Shown: positions 51,037-61,601 of the stretch, piece by piece
How positions within the stretch are numbered: position 1 is the stretch's first letter
How the letters are laid out: each line of letters opens with the position of its first letter
Origin: Paramoeba atlantica
Taxonomy: Eukaryota > Protista > Discosea
Direction of reading: 5' to 3'
DNA length: 64,000 bases
NCBI GenBank assembly: GCA_977017575.1
Contig: CDRNVI010000026.1
Span: forward strand, 589,231 to 653,230
The notes under the pieces: generated by a model
Database searches by the model: none
Told to the model about the DNA's origin: nothing
The model's input: the letters and a program-made list of their open reading frames with translations, nothing else
Made by a program: the position numbers and the translations under genes

Positions 51037-51444
51037 CAAATCCAAAATCCAAATCATTCCGGATTGCTCCGGATGGTCACTGGCAAGCCAGACCCTTCAC
51101 AGACAGATTTGGAAGTTCCGAGGCCGACGCCCTCTACCAGTTTCCGCTTGTCCAAGGCGGCACCAACGTGCTGTTGCCAACACGCTGCGTCGACGAACTG
51201 TACGTCAACACGGCTTACCCAAGAGGGGTAAGCCGGGTAAGGGAGCTGGTTCCCTGAGGGGAGGGTCCGGGACGGTCCTCCGAGTACTGGCCCTAGTCGG
51301 TTATCAGCCCAGCCTCTTAGAGTGAGGCCGCCGGGAATATTGCGATGAGCGGGTTTGAACTCGCCGTCTGAGAACCATGTGCTTCAAACTTTGAGTCCTT
51401 GCCACTCCGCCACTCCTCCACCCACTCCGCCACTCCTCCACTAC
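51037..51444 (-). mobile_element. tRNA-derived SINE (family 2), copy 1
   Basis: 11-bp TSD ATACCGTACTC (51026-51036 and 51445-51455); the empty site is visible in B copy 2 near 58913. Minus-strand A box TGGCGGAGTGG (51402-51412, duplicated at 51422-51432) and B box GAGTTCAAACC (51352-51362). 3' hairpin TCCGGA-GCAA-TCCGGA (51058-51073) and a GGATTTTGGATTTG tail. Confidence 0.9.
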
Positions 51445-53953
51445 ATACCGTACTCAGTTCAATACAAATGGTGAGACGCGTGATATGAAACTACAAGCGA
51501 TCCGTGAACATTTCTTAAAATTCAGTAATTATGATGCAGGAGATCCAAATATCAGTTTCGACCCTATTCCACCATTATTCGTGCCGATCGAGGATGGCCC
51601 ATTTATTGTTCAGGAGTTGACTTTGTCAGTGAAGCATTTTGGGAGAGGACGAGCACCCGGAAGCGACGGAATACCTATGGAGGCCCTACAAGCTATCGCA
51701 AGTCACGAAGTTCTAAGAGAGCAGCTTTTAGGTATAATAAACAAAGTTTATGAGACCGGGTCTACGGATGAAGCTTGGCGAATGACACTCCAGATACCCA
51801 TACCAAAGAAAGGGGATCTCACTGACATTTCAAACTGGAGGCCGATATGTGTGGTGAATAGCGTTGTTAAACTGATGAATCACATGATTCTTTCACGCAT
51901 TCGGCCCCGCGTAGAAGGTTTCCTACGCGATAATCAGTATGGGTTTCGGCCAAACAGATCTACAGCTGGCGCCCAAATCATTATGAACGAGGTTAAAACT
52001 AAGGCTTTTCGAAAAGATGGAATAATGGTAGCCTTTGTAGATTTTGCTAAAGCATTTCCCTCCGTATCCTTTGCTGCTATAAAAGCCTGCCTAAATGCTT
52101 TCCGAGTTGGCAATCGATTGTCCACCACAATCTTGTCCATCTATCGCGACTTGAAAGGAACAGTTCGAACGCCGTTTGGTAATACTGAACCTTTTCCAAT
52201 CACCACAGGGATTCTACAAGGGGATGTATTAGCTCCCTATCTATTCGTTATGGTGATGGACAGGATTCTACACATGGCTCTCGACGACGGATCAGATGGT
52301 GTTCTTCTGAAATCTAGAGGTACACGAAAGCGAGGGTTAAACGAAAAACGACTGAGTGATATCGATTATGCCGACGACGTCGCGCTATTTAGTGATTCGA
52401 TGGAAGGTTTGCAAAATATGATAAACAGCGTTTCTCGGGAAGCAGAGAAAGCTAATCTACGACTTGCGGTTGGTCAATCGAAAACTGCATGGATGTCTTT
52501 TGGTAAAGTTGCACGTTCCGAAAACGACCCCGTCATCTACAACAACAACTTGAAGGTACCAAAGGTGTGGTCATACAGGCATCCGGGGCAACGTCAAGAT
52601 CAAGATTTTTCTTCCACCGTAAAAGATCGATTAAAGCTTGCATGGGGATCACTCCAGCGTTTAAATGGAATTTGGTCTTCTCCTCTAAGTGAAGGGATGA
52701 AACTTCGACTTTATGATGCCTTAGTTTACCCTGTGCTGAATTTTGGAATGGGAGCAGTTCATATTTCTCAAAAGGAGCTCCGTAAAATTGGTATTGAGGT
52801 CAACACAATGAGAAGAATTGCCACCCGTTCAAACAAAGTTGATGAGTACGGGTTGTGCTACCCCAACGCTTCTCTCTATGTTAATACCGACCGGTTTTCT
52901 ACTATTCATAAAGTGTAGCGAGCAAAACTGGTGGGACATATGATCCGTCATTCTTCAGACTTTCGGGAACTGATTCAATGGAAACAACGTAGCAACGCTA
53001 GATTACCTTCCCCAAGTGAAGCTTGTGTTAAAGATCTTGGCATTACTATTGAACAAGCATTGGTTTACGCCACGGACCGCGAGCATTGGTTCAGAATTAC
53101 AGAACAACTTCGTGACAACCTTGAACCAGCTGCAACCTATATAAAATCTGGCACGCAAAAGTGGAGAACCGCCGTCACAAAAGCCAAGAAGACTAAAGAC
53201 TTGCGCGAGTTACAGTATATTGAAGAGTCAACGGATCCTTTCCCTAACTTTAAAGCTATGCAGATATATACGGATGCTTCTATTAAGAGTATGGTTAGTT
53301 CTCAGGAAATTCGAAGTGGCGCTGGTATTGTGGTTATACCAACGAAAAAAGATCCAATAAGATGTTCAATCCCACTGGAAGTTACAACAATTGAGAGAGC
53401 AGAACTTCAATCGTTTTATTTAGCTCTCAACAAATTGCCAGAAAATTCATGCGCGTGCTTGTTTCACACAGATTCGCATTACGTTTGGGACTTCTTTCAC
53501 AATTTACGAAATAAACGGCGCATTGTGGGATACACTGGGACAAAAAATGGCGACCTTAATGTACGTAATATACCTTAATGTATAATGTGGACGCAAAGCT
53601 CAGGTTACTAAAATTCCATTCGTATAATATATATTTGTGCAAGGTAAAGGCGCACATTGGAAACAAATGGAATGAGGAGGCAGATGGTCTAGCACTTTTG
53701 GCATCACGAAAAGTGGCACGGGCTCCGACCCAAAAAAGGAGAAAAACAACTGCTAACTCGGAGGATAGTGAGAATTCACAACCGTTATGGTCTTTGAAAG
53801 CCTTACTCAAAAGGAAGTCCCTTGGAAATAAGCAAGCACGAGACATTCCATCATCCAAGCGCGAAGCTGAGGCGGAAGGGGTATTTCGAGGGAAGGTTGC
53901 GAGAGCTGGCGGTAATAGGAAACCGTCTAAGCAGGGAGAGAATTGATGGAATT

Positions 53954-54112
53954 ATTGAGGGAGATACGGAGTATCTAACTCGCTGTTGTGTGTTCCGGAT
54001 TTTATGATCTGAGGCCTTTTATGGCCCCATTTCCACTACAATTGGTGTAGTGGGGTCCTTTGGACTTGTTTAGTGTTCCGGATTGAGGGAGATACGGAGT
54101 ATCTAACTCGCT
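53954..54112 (+). repeat. 31-bp direct repeat ATTGAGGGAGATACGGAGTATCTAACTCGCT flanking a 97-bp hairpin-containing spacer
   Basis: Copies at 53954-53984 and 54082-54112. The spacer contains hairpin CCACTACA-ATTGG-TGTAGTGG (54033-54053). Confidence 0.9.
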
Positions 54113-54333
54113 TACTAAGGTTAATTCCAAAACTTGAAAATGCCCCTCAAAGAAGCGAGAGATCGAGTTTTTTCAAAATTTTAAAACGTAGCAGTAGCTC
54201 ATTAGATGAACTCTTTAATACTCGAAAAATCATCTACAACGACCTCATTTCCCAAATTGTAGAACACTTTTGGTAAAAAAAAGTGCGTCTGCAAAGGTCT
54301 GCGATACGACAAACTGGTTGACTAAGGAGAGTC

Positions 54334-54412
54334 CTTTGAGTACTCCAGTTGGTAAAGGGGTTCCATTTTGACGCTGGATGTCCGCGGTTCGATTCCCGGC
54401 ATCGACATTTTT
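54334..54412 (+). ncRNA. tRNA-like Pol III unit or tRNA pseudogene (isotype not assignable)
   Basis: D-arm-like CTCC-AGTTGGTAAA-GGGG, anticodon-like stem TCCA/TGGA, B box GGTTCGATTCC (54386-54396) and terminator TTTTT (54408-54412). The acceptor and T stems are imperfect. Confidence 0.55.
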
Positions 54413-54559
54413 GAACAAAAAAAATTATATGCTCAAAGTCGCGAAAAAAACAAATTCGGAACGATTTTTTTTTTCAGATTTTTTTTTCTTGAAAAAAGTG
54501 GCCAGCTGGCCACCAAAAACACGGTTTGCATTTTGTATATATATAAAGAGAAAAATAAT

Positions 54560-55135
54560 GTGCAGGTTCGAGTGGTACAGTGTGTAGCTACAGTGGACCT
54601 TGAGAGAGTGAGAGCAGTGCCACGTGAGGCAGTGATTGCACAGTGATGCAGTGCAGCTGCAGTGGCACGTGCCAGAGTAAGTGCACTTCTATGTGAGGCA
54701 GTGACTGCAGTGATGCAGCGCAGCTGCAGCGGCACGTGCCAGAGTAAGATTACTGCCACGTGAGGCAGTGAATGCAGTGTAGATACAGTGGAATGTGAGA
54801 GAGTCAGTGACTGCAGTGTAGCTACAGTGGCACGTGAGAGAGTAAGATTACTGCCACGTGAGGCAGTGACTGCAGTGATGCAGTGCAGCTGCAGTAGCAC
54901 GTGAGAGAGCAAGTGTACTGCCACGTGAGGCAGTGATTGCAGTGTAGATACAGTGGCAGAGTGACAGGCAGTGCCACGTGAGGCAGTGACTGCAGTGATG
55001 CAGTGCAGCTGCAGTAGCACGTGAGAGAGTGAGAGTACTGCCACGTAAGGTAGTGACTGCATCGGCACTGTACCTACAGTGGCACGTGAGAGAGTCAGGG
55101 CACTGCCACGTGGGGCAGTGACTCACGTTGAGTGA
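54560..55135. repeat. Degenerate minisatellite (~65-70 bp units) rich in CACGTG and CTGCAG palindromes
   Basis: Recurrent blocks ACTGCCACGTGAGGCAGTGA, CTGCAGTGATGCAGTGCAGCTGCAG and GCACGTGAGAGAG. Confidence 0.9.
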
Positions 55136-55167
55136 GTCCACTGAGTGAGTCCCACGGGGGTGGGAGA

Positions 55168-55375
55168 GTGTTGTGGAAGAGTGGCCAGCTGGCCATGTTG
55201 TGGAAGGGTGGCCAGCTGGCCATGTTGTGGAAGGGTGGCCAGCTGGCCATGTTGTGGAAGGGTGGCCAGCTGGCCATGTTGTGGAAGGGTGGCCAGCTGG
55301 CCATGTTGTGGAAGGGTGGCCAGCTGGCCATGTTGTGGAAGGGTGGCCAGCTGGCCATGTTGTGGAAGGGTGACC
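55168..55375. repeat. 27-bp tandem repeat GTGGCCAGCTGGCCATGTTGTGGAAGG x7 containing a 14-bp perfect palindrome
   Basis: Unit starts at 55181, 55208, 55235, 55262, 55289, 55316 and 55343. A lone copy of the palindrome lies at ~54498-54513. Confidence 0.97.
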
Positions 55376-55963
55376 ACAGTCTGAACTGTCTCGTACGGAA
55401 CTTGCTCAGATCGTCAGCCGGGAATCGGTAGGAGCGGTATGGGCGAAAGAGCGAAGAACAAGAAATACAGTGGAACAAGAAATGTACAGTGGAAAATAGA
55501 AAAGAAATTAGAGTAAATTGATACGAAAATCACATTCATTTTGAATACCTTCTTCGTGAGAAGAGGGTCCTCAGACAATTATCTCTCGCCTTGACGTGGC
55601 GTCTGAGCTTAATGCCTGTTGGCTAAACAAGCAGAGATACATAAAGAACTGTCAACGAACGAAATGTTCCGTATGCACGACCTGGTGTAAGTGTTGGGGG
55701 AACCTCGGTTCCGTCTCACTGAGCCAGTGAACGTGCCCATAGGTGCACTTTTTCATTATTAAAGTACAACATAAAGGGCTCAATGCTTAACATAAACAAG
55801 ACGTAAGTAGAATCGAACATAGACCTCCCAGAGGCAAAATGTTAGCCGGGCGGGCCCTTCAAAAAAAAGATTTCAGAAGCTTGTTTCCTTCAAGATTACT
55901 TGTCACGAGGTAAAGCACCACCCGCGCCAGCGGGTCTGCACCGCCTCGAAAGGCCCGCCGTAT

Positions 55964-56168
55964 AACCCAGATTGAAAGGGGCGAGGGAGATACGAAGCAA
56001 CAGGCGTGGCAGATTCCCACTGAAAAGAAATGGTATCTCCCCGCACGAGAAAAGCCTTTGCGCTTTCTAGCTCGGAGACAAACTTCGTGCGGGAGATACC
56101 ACTTCTTTTCAGTGGGAATCTGCCACGCCTGTTGCTTCGTTTCTCCCTCGCCCCTTTCAATCTGGGTT
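55964..56168. repeat. 205-bp foldback inverted repeat (85/84-bp arms, 36-bp loop)
   Basis: Arm 55964-56048 is the reverse complement of 56085-56168, with two mismatches and one indel. Confidence 0.95.
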
Positions 56169-56340
56169 TCTTTTCCAACTTAGAATACCTTGAGGATTAT
56201 TCATAGGTTATCGGAAAAATATTGTTTGTTTGTACCGTATCAGACACATATAAACTCTGAACGTGGAAGCGATAGATGAAAGCTTTCAAGGTGTAAACAT
56301 TAAGTTTTTCAACCGACTTTACGTCGGTCTTTTGGATTGG

Positions 56341-57266
56341 ATGCGCTGGATGCGTAGAGGTTTCCTTATTGCAGTCGTATGGCGGTATGATGGTTCGAGT
56401 AAATACCGACTATGGGATGGAGATGTTATGGGAAACTTTGAGGATACTGATCGCTTCAGTGTGAAATATCATCTAAGAGCTGACCTGGTGTTTCCCTTCC
56501 CACCCATTTCCGCGAGAGTTATCATATGCGCTGTTCGAATGAGAGCGGCTCCCTCCCGGCGTAAGAGACGATGGCGTCGCTGCCCTATCTAATCGACGTC
56601 GACCGGCGAGCATGTCGATCGCGCTTTGGAGAACCAAAATAGTTCGTCTGTGAAGGAGAAGTTGTCCATAGCGACCCTGAATGTGACCTCATTAAAATTA
56701 GAGTGGGGGGATTTGTTTTCTATTCGATCATGTGTCCGATTGAAGGAAATATTGACCTTTATGAGTAGCAAGAGGATTCAGATACTGGGGTTGCAGGAAA
56801 CGAGGTTCCGTTTTGATTCTCGTCCCTTTGGTGAGATTCTACGTCAGAAAACGGAGGACATGGGCGTTACGTATTACTTATATTTTTCCTCAGCCACGTC
56901 CGACCGTTCTTACAACGGAATGGCGCTCGTTAGTACTTTTCCATTGGAAAAGGTGCGGGTTATCTCAGAACGGATTATGACTGCACAGTTTCCTTGGGAA
57001 AACGGGAACGCTACACTATTCAATGTGCACGGTCCCATTAGGGATTCTTCTAGGGAAATGAAATCTACCTTCGGCGCTTCTTTAAGAAAAGCCGTTCGCG
57101 ATCTTGACTCCACGAACCCCCAAAGACCTACGATCTTAATGGGAGATTTTAATTCCCCTTTAACGCTGGTCAACAAAACTGCTGAAGACAAAGCAGCTGT
57201 AGCTCGATTTCGCGCCTTACTTGTAGACGTTGGTTGCAATTCTGCCCACACTCTCTCACCAAGATC
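56341..57266 (+). mobile_element. Duplicated internal part of element A (second unit of the tandem duplication)
   Basis: Matches 48459-49380 nearly base for base, including the same in-frame TAA (56592) and the same TSD TCACCAAGATC (57256-57266). Confidence 0.9.
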
Positions 57267-60200
57267 AACCTTTTTGTAAATTTTTGCAAAATGGCGGATG
57301 CGTCCGGTGCGCAGGAGTCCACGCGCATTATGAATCTTCTTTTGCGTTCCACGCTTGATCGGGGGGCCTTGTTTCGTCCTCACAAGGGCGGGAGGAGTCC
57401 TGCTAAGCTCCGCGCGAGGTCGTTGAGACAGTTGTTGCTGCGTATGGAAAAGGGGGCGAGGCTGGCAGTGGTGTGGAGATACGGGTATAGTGATGATTTG
57501 AAGTTGTGGGAGGGGGTCGTCGAACGATGGCTTGGCTTGTGGCGCATTCGATACACCGAGCGCCTGCGTGAAACACTTCCGTTTCCCCCTTTAAGTCCTT
57601 TGATCGTTCTCTGCGCTGCTCGTGTTTTCAAACCTTTTTCCCTGTCCAGCAGAAAAAAGCGACATCGCAAAAGTAGGGCATTGTCCGGCAAACGTGCTCT
57701 TCATGACTCGGAGGGTCCTAGAGGCCCCGCTGTGAAGGGAAAGCTTAACGTGGCAACCTTGAATGTGACTAGTCTAAAGCTAAAGGGTGAGGATGAGTTT
57801 AGTTTGAGAAAGTGCGGGCACCTGTATGAAGTATTTAATTTTATGAATATGAAAGGAATCAATATTCTGGGAATGCAGGAGACAAGGTACAGATTTTCGT
57901 CTTCTGAAAAGTCGGAGGTACTTTGCCGCAAAGTACAATACCGGAATTCGGAATATTTCTTCAACCTCATTACAGCTCGCGCGAAGGATGCGTACAATGG
58001 AATGGGCATCGTAAGCTCAATGCCTATGTCCAAGGTATTTCGAGTAAGTAAAGGATCATGGCTGGTGAATTTGAGATGGAAGACGGAGTTGGGACAGTTG
58101 TTAATGTTTATGCTCCTACAAGAGATTCTTCGGAACTCGCGCTATCAACATTTTACGGAGGTTTAGAAAAGTGTTGCACAAAAGCATTAGAAAACAATCT
58201 GCGACGCCCTCTTTTCGTGATAGGAGATTTCAACGCGCCCTTAACGCTTATATCAAACAAAGAAATGGACCCACTGGCTGTTGCTCGTCTCAAAGGTCTT
58301 TCCTGTGCTATGGGATGCAAATCCGCGCATAGCCTGTGCCCTAGTAGTAGGAAGTGGACCTGTGAGATGCCAAACAAAACTTTGCGTCAATTGGATCATA
58401 TATTTATAAGCAGCCGATTCGCATCAGCCATTCAGCGCCACAAGGTCGTAAAGGCACCAGTTCCCACAACGCACTGCTGTGTAATTGCCAGTGTAAAAAT
58501 TAAATGGAGAGCAGTAAACCCGAAAGCTGCAAATAATTATCTCTCTTGGGCCTTTCTTCGAAACAGTGAAAATCGTCAAGCATTTATTACCAAAGTTCAC
58601 TCTCAATCTGAGAAGGGGGGTAATATCAAGCAAGGGTGGGAACGACTTTCGAACAGTATAATAACCGCCGCCAAAAATTTTAAGAAGCCACAAAAACGTA
58701 CGATAAACAGAGAACCTATTAAGCATGTGAAGATAAATAACCTGCGGGGCCTTTATCAGAGAAGCAGACAGAAGACTACGTTTAATGAGTTAATAAAAGA
58801 ACATAAAAAAGATATTGAACAGACCATTTCGGAAGAATGCTTAAAACTTGAGAACAAGCTTCGCAAGAATCACTCAAATCCATGGAGAACTCTTCGGCAA
58901 ATATGTGGACAATACCGTACTCAGTTCAATACAAATGGTGAGACGCGTGATATGAAACTACAAGCGATCCGTGAACATTTCTTAAAATTCAGTAATTATG
59001 ATGCAGGAGATCCAAATATCAGTTTCGACCCTATTCCACCATTATTCGTGCCGATCGAGGATGGCCCATTTATTGTTCAGGAGTTGACTTTGTCAGTGAA
59101 GCATTTTGGGAGAGGACGAGCACCCGGAAGCGACGGAATACCTATGGAGGCCCTACAAGCTATCGCAAGTCACGAAGTTCTAAGAGAGCAGCTTTTAGGT
59201 ATAATAAACAAAGTTTATGAGACCGGGTCTACGGATGAAGCTTGGCGAATGACACTCCAGATACCCATACCAAAGAAAGGGGATCTCACTGACATTTCAA
59301 ACTGGAGGCCGATATGTGTGGTGAATAGCGTTGTTAAACTGATGAATCACATGATTCTTTCACGCATTCGGCCCCGCGTAGAAGGTTTCCTACGCGATAA
59401 TCAGTATGGGTTTCGGCCAAACAGATCTACAGCTGGCGCCCAAATCATTATGAACGAGGTTAAAACTAAGGCTTTTCGAAAAGATGGAATAATGGTAGCC
59501 TTTGTAGATTTTGCTAAAGCATTTCCCTCCGTATCCTTTGCTGCTATAAAAGCCTGCCTAAATGCTTTCCGAGTTGGCAATCGATTGTCCACCACAATCT
59601 TGTCCATCTATCGCGACTTGAAAGGAACAGTTCGAACGCCGTTTGGTAATACTGAACCTTTTCCAATCACCACAGGGATTCTACAAGGGGATGTATTAGC
59701 TCCCTATCTATTCGTTATGGTGATGGACAGGATTCTACACATGGCTCTCGACGACGGATCAGATGGTGTTCTTCTGAAATCTAGAGGTACACGAAAGCGA
59801 GGGTTAAACGAAAAACGACTGAGTGATATCGATTATGCCGACGACGTCGCGCTATTTAGTGATTCGATGGAAGGTTTGCAAAATATGATAAACAGCGTTT
59901 CTCGGGAAGCAGAGAAAGCTAATCTACGACTTGCGGTTGGTCAATCGAAAACTGCATGGATATCTTTTGGTAAAGTTGCACGTTCCGAAAACGACCCCGT
60001 CATCTACAACAACAACTTGGAGGTACCAAAGGTGGGGTCATACAGGCATCCGGGGCAACGTCAAGATCAAGATTTTTCTTCCACCGTAAAAGATCGATTA
60101 AAGCTTGCATGGGGATCACTCCAGCGTTTAAATGGAATTTGGTCTTCTCCTCTAAGTGAAGGGATGAAACTTCGACTTTATGATGCCTTAGTTTACCCTG

Positions 60201-61601
60201 TGCTGAATTTTGGAATGGGAGTAGTTCATATTTCTCAAAAGGAGCTCCGTAAAATTGATATTGAGGTCAACACAATGAGAAGAATTGCCACCCGTTCAAA
60301 CAAAGTTGATGAGTACGGGTTATGCTACCCCAACGCTTCTCTCTATGTTAATACCGACCGGTTTTCTACTATTCATAAAGTGTAGCGAGCAAAACTGGTG
60401 GGACATATGATCCGTCATTCTTCAGACTTTCGGGAACTGATTCAATGGAAACAACGTAGCAACGCTAGATTACCTTCCCTAAGTGAAGCTTGTGTTAAAG
60501 ATCTTGGCATTACTATTGAACAAGCATTGGTTTACGCCACGGACCGCGAGCATTGGTTCAGAATTACAGAACAACTTCGTGACAACCTTGAACCAGCTGC
60601 AACCTATATAAAATCTGGCACGCAAAAGTGGAGAACCGCCGTCACAAAAGCCAAGAAGACTAAAGACTTGCGCGAGTTACAGTATATTGAAGAGTCAACG
60701 GATCCTTTCCCTAACTTTAAAGCTATGCAGATATATACGGATGCTTCTATTAAGAGTATGGTTAGTTCTCAGGAAATTCGAAGTGGCGCTGGTATTGTGG
60801 TTATACCAACGAAAAAAGATCCAATAAGATGTTCAATCCCACTGGAAGTTACAACAATTGAGAGAGCAGAACTTCAATCGTTTTATTTAGCTCTCAACAA
60901 ATTGCCAGAAAATTCATGCGCGTGCTTGTTTCACACAGATTCGCATTACGTTTGGGACTTCTTTCACAATTTACGAAATAAACGGCGCATTGTGGGATAC
61001 ACTGGGACAAAAAATGGCGACCTTAATGTACGTAATGTACCTTAATGTATAATGTGGACGCAAAGCTCAGGTTACTAAAATTCCATTCGTATAATATATA
61101 TTTGTGCAAGGTAAAGGCGCACATTGGAAACAAATGGAATGAGGAGGCAGATGGTCTAGCACTTTTGGCATCACGAAAAGTGGCACGGGCTCCGACCCAA
61201 AAAAGGAGAAAAACAACTGCTAACTCGGAGGATAGTGAGAATTCACAACCGTTATGGTCTTTGAAAGCCTTACTCAAAAGGAAGTCCCTTGGAAATAAGC
61301 AAGCACGAGACATTCCATCATCCAAGCGCGAAGCTGAGGCGGAAGGGGTATTTCGAGGGAAGGTTGCGAGAGCTGGCGGTAATAGGAAACCGTCTAAGCA
61401 GGGAGAGAATTGATGGAATTATTTCTTTTCCAACTTAGAATACCTTGAGGATTATTCATAGGTTATCGGAAAAATATTGTTTGTTTGTACCGTATCAGAC
61501 ACATATAAACTCTGAACGTGGAAGCGATAGATGAAAGCTTTCAAGGTGTAAACATTAAGTTTTTCAACCGACTTTACGTCGGTCTTTTGGATTGGATTGG
61601 A
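57267..61601 (+). mobile_element. RTE-like element B, copy 2, full length (~4.3 kb), defective single ORF: W-rich domain, APE, RT, RNase H, basic tail
   Basis: 11-bp TSD TCACCAAGATC (57256-57266 and 61602-61612). 24-nt 5' UTR with ATG at 57291. Lesions: 1-bp deletion near 58050, TAG at 60385 and a frameshift near 61045. 3' stem-loop at 61567-61583 and a TTGGATTGGATTGGA tail. Confidence 0.92.
58058..60385 (+). pseudogene. APE C-terminal half plus RT of element B (775-aa open stretch between lesions)
   Basis: NVYAPT, GDFNAP, LDHIFIS, QYGFRPNRST, FVDFAKAFPSV, GILQGDVLAPYLF, YADD. Confidence 0.9.

Larger units (their letters stand above)
53957..56166. mobile_element. 2.2-kb non-coding insertion in the B 3' UTR; candidate non-autonomous Helentron (HINE/DINE-1-like)
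   Basis: The empty site in copy 2 is GGAATTA-TT-TCTTTTCC; here TT flanks both ends. The left end GAGGGAGATACG folds into a small stem-loop. A near-complementary CGTTTCTCCCTC lies 17 bp from the right end. Internal tandem repeats are present. The boundaries are well supported; the class assignment is inference. Confidence 0.5.
49381..56340 (+). mobile_element. RTE-like element B, copy 1 (full length but defective), interrupted by SINE2 (51037-51444) and a 2.2-kb insertion (53957-56166)
   Basis: Near-identical to copy 2 after removing the two insertions. APE (LNVATLNV, LGMQETR, NVYAPT, IGDFN, LDHIF), RT (51485-52918) and RNase H (IYTDAS, ERAEL, HTDS, KVKAH, NEEAD). The 3' UTR resumes at 56167 and ends in stem-loop 56312-56328 plus a GGATTGG tail. 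Confidence 0.88.

Noticed and set aside
54005-54062. Hammerhead ribozyme in the hairpin-rich spacer
   Set aside because: No CTGANGA…GAAA core in the correct arrangement on either strand.
55095-55478. ORFs with WPAGHVVEG / MASWPPFHN repeats, and the 211-aa ORF at 54433-55068
   Set aside because: Translations of the 27-bp and degenerate minisatellites.
55630-55700. Cys-rich stretch (NCQRTKCSVCTTWCKCW) as a transposase zinc finger
   Set aside because: Too short, with no supporting ORF or flanking transposase motifs.
48704-60385. Stop-codon reassignment or programmed recoding to explain identical TAA/TAG and frameshifts in both copies
   Set aside because: Shared lesions follow from duplication after inactivation. 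The 917-codon ORF of lineage C has no internal TAA/TAG, which is consistent with the standard code.
56167-61597. 176-bp direct repeat read as a very long target-site duplication
   Set aside because: It is B's own 3' UTR, ending in the stem-loop and tail. The left copy belongs to B copy 1 and was displaced by the 2.2-kb insertion.
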